A stretch of DNA of 64,000 bases, taken from the NCBI RefSeq assembly GCF_009914755.1, contig NC_060930.1. One strand, given 5' to 3'. The DNA is from the human T2T-CHM13v2.0 reference genome, Homo sapiens. Shown here in pieces: positions 13,517 to 27,759 of the stretch; position 1 is the first letter of the stretch, and each line of letters opens with the position of its first letter. A program made the translations under genes and the position numbers. The notes under the pieces are model-generated. The model ran no database searches, was not told the DNA's origin, and saw only the letters and a program-made list of their open reading frames with translations.

Positions 13517-13769
13517 TAGTGGTTTTTAGGGGTGGGATGGGGTGAGAATGAGGATGGAGATTATTAGAATCACCCAGAGAATTTCTTCAACATAAATTTC
13601 AATGGCCTGCTTAATCTAGGCTCCTCATTAGCAATGTCTTCCCCCACCCACCACCAGACATGTACCATTTTAATACACTTTCAGGATAGAGAAAAAAGAT
13701 GTAATTTTAAAAAGCTCCCTAGGCAATTCTGATATAAACTCCCTGCCCAGGATTGAGAACATTGCTCTA
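13517..13769. mobile_element. hAT-Charlie MITE (MER5/MER112-like)
   Basis: TTAGAATCACCCAGAGAA and AAAAGCTCCCTAGGCAATTCTGAT...TTGAGAACATTGCTCTA. Confidence 0.6.
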
Positions 13770-15069
13770 GGCAAATATCATATTATCATGGACTTGTAAA
13801 AAAAAACAATAACATAAAGCCTTGGTTTAAAGATGAGTTTCAACTTATGAAAAGAGTATGAATAGTCTAAGAAATTTATGATTTTATATTCGTACTTTTT
13901 TCCTTTTGTCACTTTTATCTATTTATAGAAGAGCACTGTTAGAACTGAAAAGTCAGAAAATCTTTAAATAATTAAATGTCAATATTTAAAAACAAATCAG
14001 CCATGATCTTCTCAGGTCAATATGCTCTTCTAAGCAGAAATTTCCATAATTCTGGGTCACAGCTAACCCACTGGGAGGCCAGGCTTCTTTTGACTACTGA
14101 GTACTTCTACGTCGCCCACTTTGCTAGAGTGTTGAGAAAACTTGATCCTACATTCCCTATCCCTTTGACTGGCGTTCTTCAGGGGCACCCTTTTAACCTT
14201 TGACTAATATTTAATGAGGAACTCAGAGTCAGAATTGTGTGCATGTTTCACACATTCCCAGCAGTACATGGGTCCTCATCCTGTGTGGGTCATTAAGGAC
14301 TCCCCTTTCAGGGCTTCTGGCTTCTCTTAACACGAAGCCTCTGAAAGCATCTGCAGCCTCACAGTCACAGCCTCAAAGCTACAGTATCCACTTCAGAATT
14401 CTGAGACTGTTTCGGCCTACTGTTTATTACCAGTACTCAAAACTCAGGTTATCTATTTTTCTCTCTTATACCCACTATTTCCTCTCCCCCAATTCATTTG
14501 CCCATTCATCTCTTCCTTTCATTAGAAATAATCTCTACGCTATTCTTAGGCTGTTGAGAAAATCCTTCTTTTTCCTCCTCTTTGCTTCAAATGGAACCTA
14601 TAACACACCTCCTAGAGCAATCCCGCGTTGAGGCTGCTCATGTAGTCTCTACTAACATACGTGTATGCATCTTGGAAGTAAGAGCAGTATTCTCTTTGCT
14701 CCCCAATGCTTCCCCCCTCCTACATTCTAATGGAAGAGTTTTTTCTATTTTGATGTTTATGCTATTAGAGCATCCATCCTATAACTTGGCTTGTCCAGAT
14801 CACTTTCATATATTCATGGTGAATATTTGCTCATAGACTCTCTCTCCACTTTAATTCTTGAGACTGAACTTCTTTTATAAAGGTAAAAACTTACCAAATT
14901 CAATAAACACTTTTCTGTTTTCACTTATTTGACCTCCCTGAAGCATGTACTCTCACTTAAACACTAGGACCTTTTCTCCTAGGGGTCCTAGTAGGGCCCA
15001 TTATACCACTTTACAGCCATGAGAAGAAATGCCTGTAAAATAAAAAAATTGTATTAAATTTTATATGAG

Positions 15070-15255
15070 TTCAATCCATTTTATCCTTGTAAGTATCATG
15101 TGAGGTGTTCAAGGCAGGTATTGTTGTAACCACTTTTTAAAAGAGAGAAAATGGGCTACAAAGTAAATGAGTAGATTTTCCTGAGTTGCACTAGTAGAAG
15201 CTGACAGAATGAGGACTAGCATCTAGGTCCCCCTTCTAATGCTCCTTCCACTATG
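15070..15255 (-). mobile_element. MIR SINE
   Basis: AGGCAGGTATTGTTGTAACCACTTT...GAGAAAATGGGCT...TGCTCCTTCCACTAT resembles antisense MIR. Confidence 0.6.
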
Positions 15256-17721
15256 TCAAGATATTTTAGTGAAAGATTTATAAGGATATAGAAAATGCCC
15301 TAATAGATGGATTTTAAATTTAAATTCTTATTGGTATTTGTGACTCAGTAGCATATGATGGAAACAACTATTAAAGTAGAAATGCTGATGTCGATTTCCT
15401 AGATAAACTTGCTTTCAGAATATCGTTTCAGAGCTTATTTAAATGAACTTAGATTGGGTGACATGACTTTCCTTCTGTAATTTCTATGTATTTTGGTATA
15501 AAAGAACTACTCTGTGAAACTTGCAATTAAAAGAAAGAAGAAGAATATTTTTTATGTAACCTCTGTAGCAGAAGAATCTTAATAGTGAGCAATAAAATGT
15601 TGAAATGAGATATATTTTAATTAGGTAATAATATCAAGCTTTGTTTATTAACTACTCTGAACGTTCTAATGAGCTGTGAATTTCTGAGGGCTCTTTGGCA
15701 GGAAAATGAGAACATTTAACAATTTCTCAAACTAATCTCATTATGGAGAAGTCAGCCTTGCACATGCTTATTTAAAAATGAAGGAGAAATGGAAAACTTC
15801 TCTGGCTCCTTACACTACATCATGAATACAGCTTCCTTTGTTCTTTTATATATCTGAAAAATACTATTTGTATACCTAAAAATTAATAGGCCAAGTGTAC
15901 TGTCCCAGAATGAGCATAATCAAGCTGAATTAACTTTCAGCAGGGCAGAGTTTCATAAAGATTTTCTGAGCATGAGGTCTTATCAAATCTCTTTATGTCC
16001 TCACATTACTCAGAAGAAGTGTGCTGTAGCTCAGCTATAGTCCCCTACATCATTAGGGAGTTGTGAAAATATCCTTGTCACTGTTAGCTCTAAGATATGC
16101 GGAAGCAGGAGGGGACCAGGTCACTACAAGTTGCAAAGCTAGTAGACATGATTTCAGTCCAAGTGGGTCTGGATCTGAAGCCTGTAGCCTTTTTGCTAAA
16201 AAATTGAAATTAGTATCAGTTCATCCTGATTACACTGCATTGCCACATGATTACTAAAATTAATTATTCAAATGTAATTTCATTGGTATGTTTTTGGGGT
16301 CAACAAACTCCAAATTTTGAAAGGTAAGTAAATAGCTATTTATTATCTTGCCATGTAGGCTGCTGAGATACACGTTTATGTGAAGATTTTTTTTTTCTGG
16401 TGATTTATTGCTGATAGGTATGGCAATGAAAAAAAAAAGAACCTTGTATTTTTGGCCTCTTCCTTCAGTTGAATGTTTATCTTTAAGAAAACTGCATGTT
16501 GCAAAATAAATATCCTATTATTTTTCAATTTAAGCCTTTTTTTTAAACTGGGGATAATACAAATTTTATTAGAAGTCAAAAAAGCTATTTAACTTGTAAT
16601 CTTAGAAAAATAGTTTCACAATTTTAAGGCATATATAATAAAATAATATTTGTGTTGCTGATGATTCAGATATTTTATAGGACCACACTAGTCTTAACCA
16701 TTATCCTGAAAAAATGTAATAGATTCTTTGTCTTGTCATTTATTTTAAGGTGGTTTCAACTGACACAATTTACAATATTTTGCTAGAATTTTATCATTAG
16801 AAGATCATTGGAAGATAGATTTCTCATGGAATGTTTCTCTAGAAATAGTTTCCAAGATTATAGAGTAAAACTTGTAACTAAATTTACCCATAAGCACACT
16901 TAATATTGTTAGCTAATCACCTGTGGGACCAGTCTAGACTGAATTTGAATTTTCCCTCAAGCAGTGGTGGCAGTGTTATTGGCTACTTACCTATTAGTAC
17001 AAGTTGTGCTTATTAAATGTATGATTTAGATTCTGGTGAAAGATATAACTTTTCTAATTTCTTTTCTTTGGTATAGCTATCTAGAGTCTATTTGTACTGA
17101 ATCAGAATTTTAAGAAGCTAAGGTAGAATAAGGAGATGTCTAACTCTATAAGCAAGCTGATGTTAAAGATGTTAATGATATACCAGTGGATTATTCACTC
17201 TCAAGGAGGCTTTACTCTCAAAGCTAGAACAACCAAATACTGTACATACAGTATGTGCCCTAGATATTATGCACTGATAGTAACATATTAACATTAATCC
17301 ATTGTAGTCACTCCATATTACTCAGTTGTTTTATCAGTTTGGCTCCAGGTGTAATCCAGCTTGTGTTAAGATTAATTCTGTTAGTTTTTTTTTTTTCAAG
17401 GTCATATCAATAAGCATAATTTTTTAAAAGAAAGTTGTAGGCTTCTTGGACTCAAGTCTGCTATTTAGAGGAACCATAGCCAAGAATATCCTAGAAGCAT
17501 GGAAAGTTTATTAAATTATTATTAGCTTTTGTTATTGTACAAAAATCAGCATGGATCAAATTATAATACTTCAGCATAGATTTCAGGATTTTTTTTTCTT
17601 TACAAAGCCTAGAAAATAAGCAATTCTAAATAAGTAAGTAATAAATATTTCCAATAGGTTAGCTTACATTTGAATCTTGTATAAAATTGAATTGTTCCAA
17701 TCCCTTTTATTTAACATATAG

Positions 17722-18288
17722 CAACTCCTCAGAGACCTAAGGACAGAAATACCATTCGACTCAGCAATTCCTCAAAGGATAAATAATTCTATTATAAAGA
17801 CGTATGCATGCATATGTTCATTGCAGCACTGTTCACAATAGCAAAGATATGGAATCAACCTAAATGTCCATTAGTGATAGACTGGATAAAGAAAATATGG
17901 TACATGCACACCATAGAATACTATGCAACCATAAAAAGAATGAGATCATGCCCTTTCCAGGGACATGGGTGGAGCTGGAGGCTATTATCCTTAGCAAACT
18001 AACACAGGAACAGAAAACCAAATGCTACATGTTCTCACCTAGAAGTGGTAGCTAAATGATGTAACCGCATGGACACATGGAGGAGAACAACACACACTGG
18101 GGCTTTTCAGAGGGTGGAGGGTTGGAGGAGGGAAAGGTTGGAGGAGAGGATTAGGAAAAACAACTAATGGACACTAGGCTTAATATCTGGGTGATGAAAT
18201 AATCTGTACAACAAATCCCCATGACATAAGTTTACCTATGTAACAAACCTGCACATGTACCCCTGAACTTAAAAAGTTAAAAAAAAAC
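17722..18288 (+). mobile_element. 5'-truncated older L1PA (about L1PA13-16) 3' end
   Basis: ORF 17808 MFIAALFTIAKIWNQPKCP is the L1 ORF2p C-terminus; 3' UTR ends AACCTGCACATGTACCCCTGAACTTAAAA plus A tail. Confidence 0.95.
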
Positions 18289-18694
18289 TAAATATTTTCT
18301 AGTTTAAAAAATTAAATCATGTTTTTCCTGCCATAAACATGGCATGAGCATCACATTCTTCACCAATGATTTTGCTTTATTATTGGACACCAGTAATATG
18401 CGCAGAAAACCATTAACTTAAATAATTACAGTTGGAAAGTTAAGTTCAATATTAACAATGCTAAGTCAGAAAAGTTTGATTTTGGTGGACCTTTTTCAAG
18501 GTTTGTCTCTTAAATATAAAATAACCCTGTCTCTCTGATGATTTTGTTCAGTTTCCAGTGCATGTTGCTGCTAACTCACCGTACAGAGCCCACTGGGGGG
18601 CCATGCTGCTCAAACCACATAATGCACACTATAATACTGAATTTCTCCTATGGGTGATATGGATGACTAACACCACCTTCTCTTTTGATCCTTT

Positions 18695-19280
18695 CAGTTT
18701 CACTTTGAAAAATCTTCACGTACATAAAATTTGCCATAATAGTACAGTGACAACTCATGTACACTTACCTTGATTCATCAGTTGTTGACAGTTTACCATA
18801 CTAGCTTTATATATTTCTCGAAAAATGTCATTTTTTCCTTTATTTCTCCCTTGTTGCCTTCCTCCTTCCCCCCTCCCTTCCTTTCTTCTTTCCTTCCTTC
18901 CTTCTTTACTATTTCTTTCTCTCATTTTTTTCTATTTATCCTATCTTATTTTTAGAACCACTTACAAAGTAGTTTCAGAAGCTTACCAAACTCATTAACT
19001 AACATACTTTAACGTGTATTTCACCTAAGAACAAACATTTCAGATCACTGATCAGACAGTTCAATGATGACCTCAGGATATTTAGGAATTTTTACTAATT
19101 GTTTCATTAATGTAGCTCCCTCCCCTCACATATTACATTTATCCATTTCTCTTTAGTATACTTTAATTTAGAATTGTTTACCAGCTGTTTTGTGTCTTTC
19201 ATGGCATTGATATTTTTAAAAAGTCCAGGTTAGTTGTTTTGCAGAATATGCTTCAATTCAGATTTTTCTGTTTATCTATT
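18695..19280 (-). mobile_element. L1MC4/5-like 3' region with a CCTT-rich tract (18850-18910)
   Basis: GTCTTTCATGGCATTGATATTTTTAAAAAGTCCAGGTTAGTTGTTTTGCAGAAT resembles antisense L1MC. Confidence 0.65.
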
Positions 19281-19285
19281 CTTAA

Positions 19286-19563
19286 AACACCGCATGTTCT
19301 CACTTATGAGTGGGAACTGAACAATGAGAACTCATTGACACAGGAAGGGGAACAACACACATTTAGGCCTGGTTGTGGGGGGACTTGGGGGAGGGAGAGC
19401 ATCAGGAAAAATAGCTAATGCATGCTGGGCTTAATACCTAGATGATGGGTTGATAGGTGCAGCAAACCACCATGGCACGTGTTTACCCGTGTAACAAACC
19501 TGCACATCCTGCACATGTACCCGGGAACTTAAAATAAAATAAACCAATAAAATCCTAAAAAAA
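19286..19563 (+). mobile_element. Short L1PA (about L1PA8-11) 3' end
   Basis: CACCGCATGTTCTCACTTAT...GCAGCAAACCACCATGGCAC...CTGCACATGTACCC...AACTTAAAATAAAA. Confidence 0.95.
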
Positions 19564-19574
19564 GTACGACAGTA

Positions 19575-19928
<354 letters not shown>

Positions 19929-20234
19929 CTACAATCTATCCAAAGCATGTAAAATGTTGGAAGTAGGAAGATTTTCAGAATTATTAGTATGAGAGCATAT
20001 GTCAACTCTCTACTTTTGTCATTGACTTTGAGGAAATTTGTAGATTTTAAATGTTTTTTGAAAATATTTAGTTCATTCTCTGTCACTACTTTTGGATGAG
20101 AAATGATCCCAAGTATTGATAACATCTGCTTCTCTTGGTCATAAGAACTTGGATACAGAAATATGAAAATCAGGACACTGGCCATTGTTTAAAAATAAAA
20201 TGTAAATCAATTCACAATCAAACAATAATTTATT

Positions 20235-20490
20235 ATATTATTAAAAGTATCTATGAATATTTGTTAAATGCCAGATAGATAAGCCAGAAAAATTTAAAGT
20301 ACTTATTTCTAGTGGTTTATAATAGGTGGGAGAAAAGACACAGACACACATACAAAGTACTCAAATAAGTATGAATAAAGAGATTAAAAAACAGGACAGA
20401 TAACTTCTTATGCTGCCTAGAGAGGAATGAAGTGGGGGTAGGGCTAGAGTATCAAGACAAGCTTTACGATTGAGATGGAACTTGAGGTAT
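20235..20490 (-). mobile_element. Degraded L2 fragment
   Basis: Purine-rich AAGCTTTACGATTGAGATGGAACTTGAG resembles antisense L2 3' end. Confidence 0.45.
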
Positions 20491-20499
20491 GGAAGCACG

Positions 20500-21030
20500 T
20501 CAGTGTGGTGGTAACACACTCAAGTTTGAATTACTCAGGCTTAGGTTTGAATTCGAATATGTAATATTTGGGCTGGGCATGGTGGCTCATGTCTGCAATC
20601 CCAGCACTTCAAGAGGGTGAAGTGGGAGGATCGCTTGAGGCCAGAAGTTCGAGATCAGCCTTGGCAACATAGCTGCCCCCCAAAAATGAAAAATAAAAAA
20701 ATATATCTGGGTGTAGTGGTGTGTGCCTGTAGTCTCAGTTACTCAGGAGGCTGAGGCAAGAGGATTGCTTGAGCCCAGGAGATTGAGGCTGCAGTAAGCT
20801 GTGAACATGTCACTTACTGCACTCCAGCCTGGGTGAAAGAGCAAGACCTGTCACAAACAAAAACAAAAACTAAAAACAAAACGACAACAACAAATGTGTC
20901 ACATTTGGTAAAATACAATTTATGATTTATAGCTTACTCTTCTGTCTGTTCTCTAAATTGAAACTTAAATACCTATCTTGCAATGTTGTGAGTACTTAAT
21001 GAGATAATGAACATGTGTAACCCAAATTAA
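20500..21030 (+). mobile_element. MIR interrupted by AluJ
   Basis: TAGGTTTGAATTC before the Alu; ATACCTATCTTGCAATGTTGTGAGTACTTAATGAGATAATG after it. Confidence 0.65.
20570..20893 (+). mobile_element. AluJ with (CAAAAA)n tail
   Basis: GGATTGCTTGAGCCCAGGAG, GAGGCTGCAG; decayed TSD AATATGTAATATTTG / AATGTGTCACATTTG. Confidence 0.95.
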
Positions 21031-21459
21031 GTAATAGATGGTAGCTGGAATTACTACTTAAATATGAGTGGTAGTTTGCTCCATACAGAAGTAGACACAA
21101 AAGAATAGAAAAGCGTGGCGTGAACAGTGTGCTGGAGAAAAGGGTGTCTTCCATTTGGTCGGCAAGCCTGTTAGGAGATTTCACACTACAAAATTTGGCC
21201 TTGGATTTTGTAGAATTATGTTTGCTAACCAAAGAAGAGAGACTGTAATCTATCAAACTGTTGCAGAATTTTGGAAAGGAGGTGTCAATATAAGATCTAT
21301 GTTTTAGAAAAATCTATCGGGGCAGTGTGATATAGTCACTGGATCTTAAGAGGCCATAGATAACTTGAATACTGTGTGTGCCCATATAAAATATAAGGAG
21401 TTACAGACTTTTGAGTCATCTAATCACCATCCTGGGGCAGACATCTATGAGTCACTGGG

Positions 21460-21700
21460 CTTCAGGAATAAAATATTGGAATTTCTATTTATTTTTACTT
21501 CACCTTTTAAGTTTCTTTTTATATATTTAAAAATGTACATTATGCATTAGTAAAATAAAACAAGCACATCACTTATAAATAAATAAATGCACATATGTTG
21601 TGAGTACACACACTGGATTCTTTTTACCAAGAAGCAAGCAACCCAAAATGTTTTGAGACTTCCACTCCAGAGGGTCTTGGAATAGTTTGAGTGCTTCTGA
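21460..21700. mobile_element. hAT-Charlie (Charlie4-like) relic
   Basis: AATGTACATTATGCATTAGTA...TTATAAATAAATAAATGCACATAT resembles Charlie4 terminal sequence as I recall it. Confidence 0.45.
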
Positions 21701-22624
21701 CCTGGAAATAGGAAAACCAATTAGTATAGTGTTTCAGTAGTCCTGATACATTTTACTGAAGATTTGATCTTGGTTACTAACACTGGAATAAAGAAAGGAG
21801 ATACATTTGAAAGACTGTAAAATAAATTCATAATCGGAAGCTTGCAAGCCATAATATCATCATGGATATTTTTGTTTGTCAAGGATATGAAAGGGAGTTG
21901 TCAGAGATCAGCAAAGTAATGACTGAGAATACACCAGTGATAGGCAATCCTAGGGAATAGGGATTTACTTCAAAGACAAACTCAAGTTCTTTGATGCAAG
22001 GTTGCCTAATTGGATTATGAAATTAGTTGACAAATAAGAAAGTAAGGAAGTACAATCATGTGTATTTAGTTTTCTGTTTAGATGTAGTTCTATGTGGAAA
22101 AGGTGATTAGAGTAGAATGTTGACCTTCTTACATGAATTCAAAGGTAATAACTCAATTAAAATGATTAACATATGAGTTAGGTATAAGACTATAGGGAGG
22201 ATAAGTTACATCCTTTAATGATAATAGAGACAATGGGCTAAGGTTAATTTGCGAAATGCCCTTACATACTGTATCTGAAGGGATGAAATTTTGCTGAGCA
22301 ACAAGTTGCTAAGCTGATCAAGGAACTAAAGCTTTTCTTCAAAAAAGCAAATATGAATTAAGGTACATATTTATTTCTTTTATAAAATGACAGTAATATG
22401 TAATCCTCAGTCTTGTCAGTGTAGATGTATTCCTCTTTGATTTTATCCTATTCTGTTAAACTTGGAGGGTTGACTGATTCTTCTTACAAAATAGAAGGAG
22501 TATGATTAATTGTAAATCATGATTGTATTTATTTGTTTTCTTTATACCAATGTAATCGGAGCAAATCAAGACTTAAAAGGTTATACTGTACATAACAGAG
22601 CAGAATTTTTTAGAAAATTTCTAC

Positions 22625-22975
22625 CCATTCACTAATTAATTCAGTCAATTTTTCAATTGGTCATTCATTTATGAAATATTTATTGTATATAATCTGTGAA
22701 ATAAGAATTGTAGTATGGCTGTGAAGAGTGTCAACAAGACAGAAAAGGCTTCTTACTTTATGGAATTTAAATCTTCATGGGAAAGACAGACAATAAGTAA
22801 GCAAATATATAAATAGGATTAATTATAGATTATGATAACTAATACTGTGAAGTTTATAAACAATTGATACGGCTGAGAGTACTTGGAGGGAGGTGTGGTT
22901 TCTTTAGACAGAATGAACAGGAAAGACCTGTGAAGGCAGGTCACATTTGAGAATTGAAAGATGAGAAGGAGTCAT
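22625..22975 (-). mobile_element. L2 LINE 3' end
   Basis: CATTCATTTATGAAATATTTATTG...AACAAGACAGAAAAGGCTTC...CAGGGAAAGACCT. Confidence 0.75.
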
Positions 22976-24200
22976 ATCTATCTCCCCATATTTCTACTCT
23001 TTATGGAAACTGAAATACCTTCATTTGCTATTATGGTTTTCCTTCTGTCCTCCAAGCGAAAATAAATAAAACTAAAATAAAATATCCCTCTCCCAATCAA
23101 CCCATGATGAATCTCTACTCAATATATAACTCTAGCTCCTTCAGAAATCTCTGGTTACTCCTTTCTGCCTTTTTCCAGGTGTATTCTCCAGTTACTGCCA
23201 TATCCTTTCCGGTATAGTTCAACTTAATGTCTCCTGCTACCTCCCTATCTTTATCTTTTCCACAGTTCAGCCCAGCTCGACAAAGGGCCTAGAGCTGAAT
23301 AGCTCAGTATGAAACTAAAGAGATTTCCTAAGTTGTTACGGTGAGGGAAAAGGTGTAAGACTTACATTTTAATAAAGTTTTTGACTGTGTTATAATTTAC
23401 CCTTTATCAAAAAGGACTATAATGTATACTTTGACACCCAGCATCCCTTTTCATCTAAATCTCAATCTTTTGAAGTTCTATTCCTTCTACTGGGTTTGTG
23501 CGTTTGTGTTTCTGTTGCTTTTGCCCTTGTTCTTTCTGATTCAAACTGATTGTGCTCAGTTTCTATGCAATCAGAGAGGATAATTGATGTTTTCATTGAT
23601 TACTTTTTTTCTGAGGTATTATATGCCAACAAATGTTTGACCTTGCCATTAAGTGAAACAAACATAGATGTTGCTACCTCCCAAAGTTCTTAGATGACTT
23701 AGGTTTGTTAAAGTATCTTTTCCTACATCTAGGTTCTGATGTGATTCAGGGAATTAGTAGTGCTAAATGGCCAGAGATGCCATCAATCATCAATCCCTAT
23801 GAATAGAATATAAGTTAGGAGACATAATCCATACACTGGCACCAGGTTGGTTCTGAAAATCTCTTTATAGCAAGTGAATAAATGTTTCTATCCGTGTCCA
23901 TGAGGACCTGTTCATTTAAGGATTCTTTCTTTTTATGTTTTCTTTCCTATATCAGCTTTCCTGGCCCCCATGGCTGCCCTGACACCTCTATCCAGAAGCC
24001 TTCTATTTGCGTTTATCCCTGAGGGCTGCCACAGGAACCTACTTTTCCTCCTCTGTAGTTACATTCACTGGCCTTGAGGGTACAGGTGGCCTCTTACGAT
24101 TCTGGAAAAAAGTCTTAAGTTTGAATGGAAACTTTTGGCTTTAAATATATCTTGTACTGACTTGATCCAGACATTCCTCTTTTGCAAACTCTCCTCTGGG

Positions 24201-24566
24201 TGATATGGTTTGGCTGTGTCCCCACCCAAATCTCATCTTGAATTGTAATCGCCATAATCCCCATGTGTCGTGGAAGAGAACTGGTGGGAGGTAATTGAAT
24301 CATGGGGGTGGTTTCCCCCATGTTGTTCTTGTGATAGCGGGTGAATTCTCATGAGATCTGATTGTTTTATAAATGTCTGGCATCTCACCTGCTGACACTC
24401 ACTCTCTCTCTCCTGCCACCTAGTAAAGAGGTATCTTCCCCTCTGATTGTAAGTTTCTTGAGGACCCCCCAGCCATGCAAAACTGTGAGTCAGTTAAACC
24501 TCTTTTCTTTTTAAATTACCCAATCTCAGGTATTTCTTCATAGCAGCATGAGAATTATCTAATACA
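24201..24566 (+). mobile_element. THE1 (THE1D-like) solo LTR
   Basis: Starts TGATATGGTTTGGCTGTGTCCCCACCCAAATCTCATCTTGAATTGTA and ends CTAATACA. Confidence 0.95.
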
Positions 24567-26521
24567 TTGGTACAACTGTGTGATGTGCTATTAAAGACCC
24601 TGGATCTCAACACTGTGCAGAAAACTTCTTGCCCTTCTCTTACACATGTTTATAAATTGATCCTGTAAACTCCCTGTCTTGCTCTGCATTCTTTTTATGA
24701 CGAACAGGCATTCAGTCATGGATATGGAAGCCTACAGCTCTGAATTCTGAAATTATTCTTAATGCAAAGCCTACATTATCTATCATTACCCCTTTTAATC
24801 TCTGTTAATTTTCAGCACCTTAGAATTGTCACTGTTGTAGTATTTCAGTAACACATTCCTTTTTCCAGCCTTGAATTTAATTTATGAAAACTACTCCAGT
24901 TTCTTTAGGGAAGAATTTTTTCAGCCCTCTGAGGTCTCCAAGCACCAGTGAATCAGATCTTAGCCTGTGGGTCCAGGAAAGGACCCTAAAACAATTCAAT
25001 TGTGCCTGCCACAGACCTCTTCTTTTTTATAGAAAAGACTCAAATGTTTCAATAAATTATGTGTGTGTAGATGTGGCTTAAATACTAATTTCTATCCTGT
25101 AATCTCATGAGAGCTTTCTTAGACTTTCACAGTCTGGCAATCTCACATAGTTCTAAGGCTCTCTATTCCATTTGATATATCCAGTTACAGATCAGGCACT
25201 CTTCTAGTGTCAGAGTAATTTTTATAGTTTGCTTCTTATCTTACTGTGGTAATCCAATTATGACTTGTACCTGCTCTGGCTTGTCTGTCAAATTCAGCAA
25301 CCTGACTGTCATGATGAAAGTGGCAGTCTTGGCTCATCAGAGGTGCAGCTTTAAGTCTTTTTTTTTCATGACTTTAAAAGTCATCGCAACATGTTGTGGC
25401 ATTAAAAAAAAGATGTTTGTTCTAAAGAAGCTAAAGAGAAATTCTGTATTTTGGGGGTACTCAGAGTTGGAGTAGGTAATTATATTGTATATTAGGTAGT
25501 ATAATACCTAAATACTTCTTCCTCAAAGTCCCATTTCTCATCAAAGCTGCCCAAATCTCAACTTCCCTGTTTGCTTATCTTCTCTCTACCTTGCAAATAA
25601 AAATCAGAAACACACTAATCTCTTCCCTCACAACTCCTTCCTTACTGTAGCTCAGCTCCTCCAATATTGATTCTTGTCACTTATACCCCTTATTCAGTTA
25701 CCACTAAAAATCTCTTTTCCATATCTCCATAAACTTTTTTTAACTTCAGTCAATTTAACCATTTTCTGATTTTCCTAATTTCCTTTCCAAGCCCGATAGC
25801 CTCCTCCTGGCTGAAGTGTTTTCAAAGGATCAAAGACAGTAGTGCCTTAGGCTGTGGATCCTTACAATTTGATCTTTTTTTGACTTTATCATATTAATAC
25901 AAATTTCTTAACTCTAAAATAACTTACAAATATTTAAAAAAATGATACTGAGATACACTCAAGTCACTAATGAAAACTCTTGACACTCAGCCCTTAATAG
26001 ACTTCCTAATTTCCTTCTTAACATATGTAAAGCAGATCAAATTAAACACTCTTGACATTTAAACTCCTAAAACAAAACAAGAAGCCAATTTATACTTCAC
26101 TCAGAATAAGAAAAAAAAAAGTCCCAGATGTAGCCTGTCTCCCTCCCCTTTAGCCCTGCAGCAGGGTCTTATGGATGAGACACTTCACAGGAAAAGATCA
26201 AAGCAGGCTGCTGTGTTCACTGGATGTAACACATGGTAGAGGCCAGGTTAGTGAGGTTGTCACATTCTGGTCTTAAAGGTGGCTTGAGGGTGAACCTGAG
26301 TCCAGTTGGTAACTATCCTATGTAAGAGCAGGACTCAATCTCAGCAAGCACCTCCAATATAAATACAACTCCTTCTCTGTATTATTCCTGAGATCTTATG
26401 ATCTAATGATCATTTTTATAACATCAGAGATAGAAAAACGTCTTGTACAAGCCAATATGTAAGTACTTTGGCCCTCTAACTCCAGAATATTTTCTTAATC
26501 AAGATTGTCTCATTAATCCTT

Positions 26522-27392
26522 TATAAACCAGAAATAAAACTCTAAGCCCCCAAACTGACTAAATGGACCCCTATCTCAGCCAAGAGGATTCCCAAGAAAC
26601 CTGAAAAACAAGTTCAGGCCATGAAAGGAAGCAGGGATCAGACATGCCTCATTATACCCTCTCTGATTCAGACTTTAGACACAACTGACCCACATTAACA
26701 TTAAAACAGAGATTTTAATACTGACAAACCAGACTTTTTGTAGCAGTAAGATGCCAAATTCCAACCTGACTCTAGTATAACATCACATGACAGATAAAGA
26801 AGAAAATCAGAATATTTTACTTAGAATATAGTTCTTTGCCATATTTTGAAATGGCTCTTTGCATATGTAAAGAATCTCTATTAAGATAACTAGATCCTCC
26901 CCCTTTCAGACCCTCCCAATCCTGAAGAGATTAACTAAGAGCCTGGTACCTTCTAAGGTCTGATAAGATACATTTACTATCTGTTCTCTTTGAAGCCTGC
27001 TACCTGGAAGTTTCTATATAACAAGAACCTTGGCTTGCACAACTCCCTTTATCGTCACCTCAAGAATTTCTTTCTGCTAACTTCAACTTTAGGCAAAACT
27101 TAACTCTTAACCATTTGGTAATTTGGAAATCTCTGAATTCACCTATGATCTGAAATTACTCCCCTCTCCCTGCTTAAAGATGTCCCACCTTTCCAGTCCA
27201 AACCCACGTGTACTTCACATGTATTGATTGATATGTTTCCCTAAAATGTATAAAACCAAGATGTCACCCCACCACCTTGGGCACATGTTCTCAGGATCTC
27301 TTGAGGCTGTGTCATGGGTCATGGCCCTCACAGTTGGCTCAGAATAAATATCTTCAAACATTTTACAGAGTTTGGCTTCTTTATGGTCAACA
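26522..27392 (+). mobile_element. MER4 (MER4D-like) ERV1 solo LTR
   Basis: Starts T(A)TAAACCAGAAATAAAACTCTAAGCCCCC; CACCTTGGGCACATGTTCTCAGGA, AATAAA, and ends GTCAACA. Confidence 0.88.
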
Positions 27393-27759
27393 CTTCTGTT
27401 ATACCTATATTGATATAAGTTACCTTACTTTACTACCCCATTTAGTTTGGTTAGTACAGGACCATTGGTTGCATATTGACACAGGATATCCAAGACACAA
27501 ATTTTCAGTGATTGGTTGTTTCAGGTACATTGTCATTTTTATGATTTTATATTTAGAAGAGAACGTGTTAGTGACAAAATTTATAAAAAAGATATCACAC
27601 CCAAGACATATAATAGTCATACAAAGAAAGATGAACATGGTAAGGATGATTTATGTGATAAAATATATTTTAACCAAAATTAAGGTGTATCACAAATAAT
27701 TAAAATCAATATTTTGAAAGACTTGTCAGATTTGGTTTTACCAGGCATAATTGTAGAAC

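Noticed and set aside
14963-14992. Hairpin ACTAGGACC...GGTCCTAGT
   Set aside because: A 9-bp stem is within chance expectation for 64 kb and has no RNA-family features.
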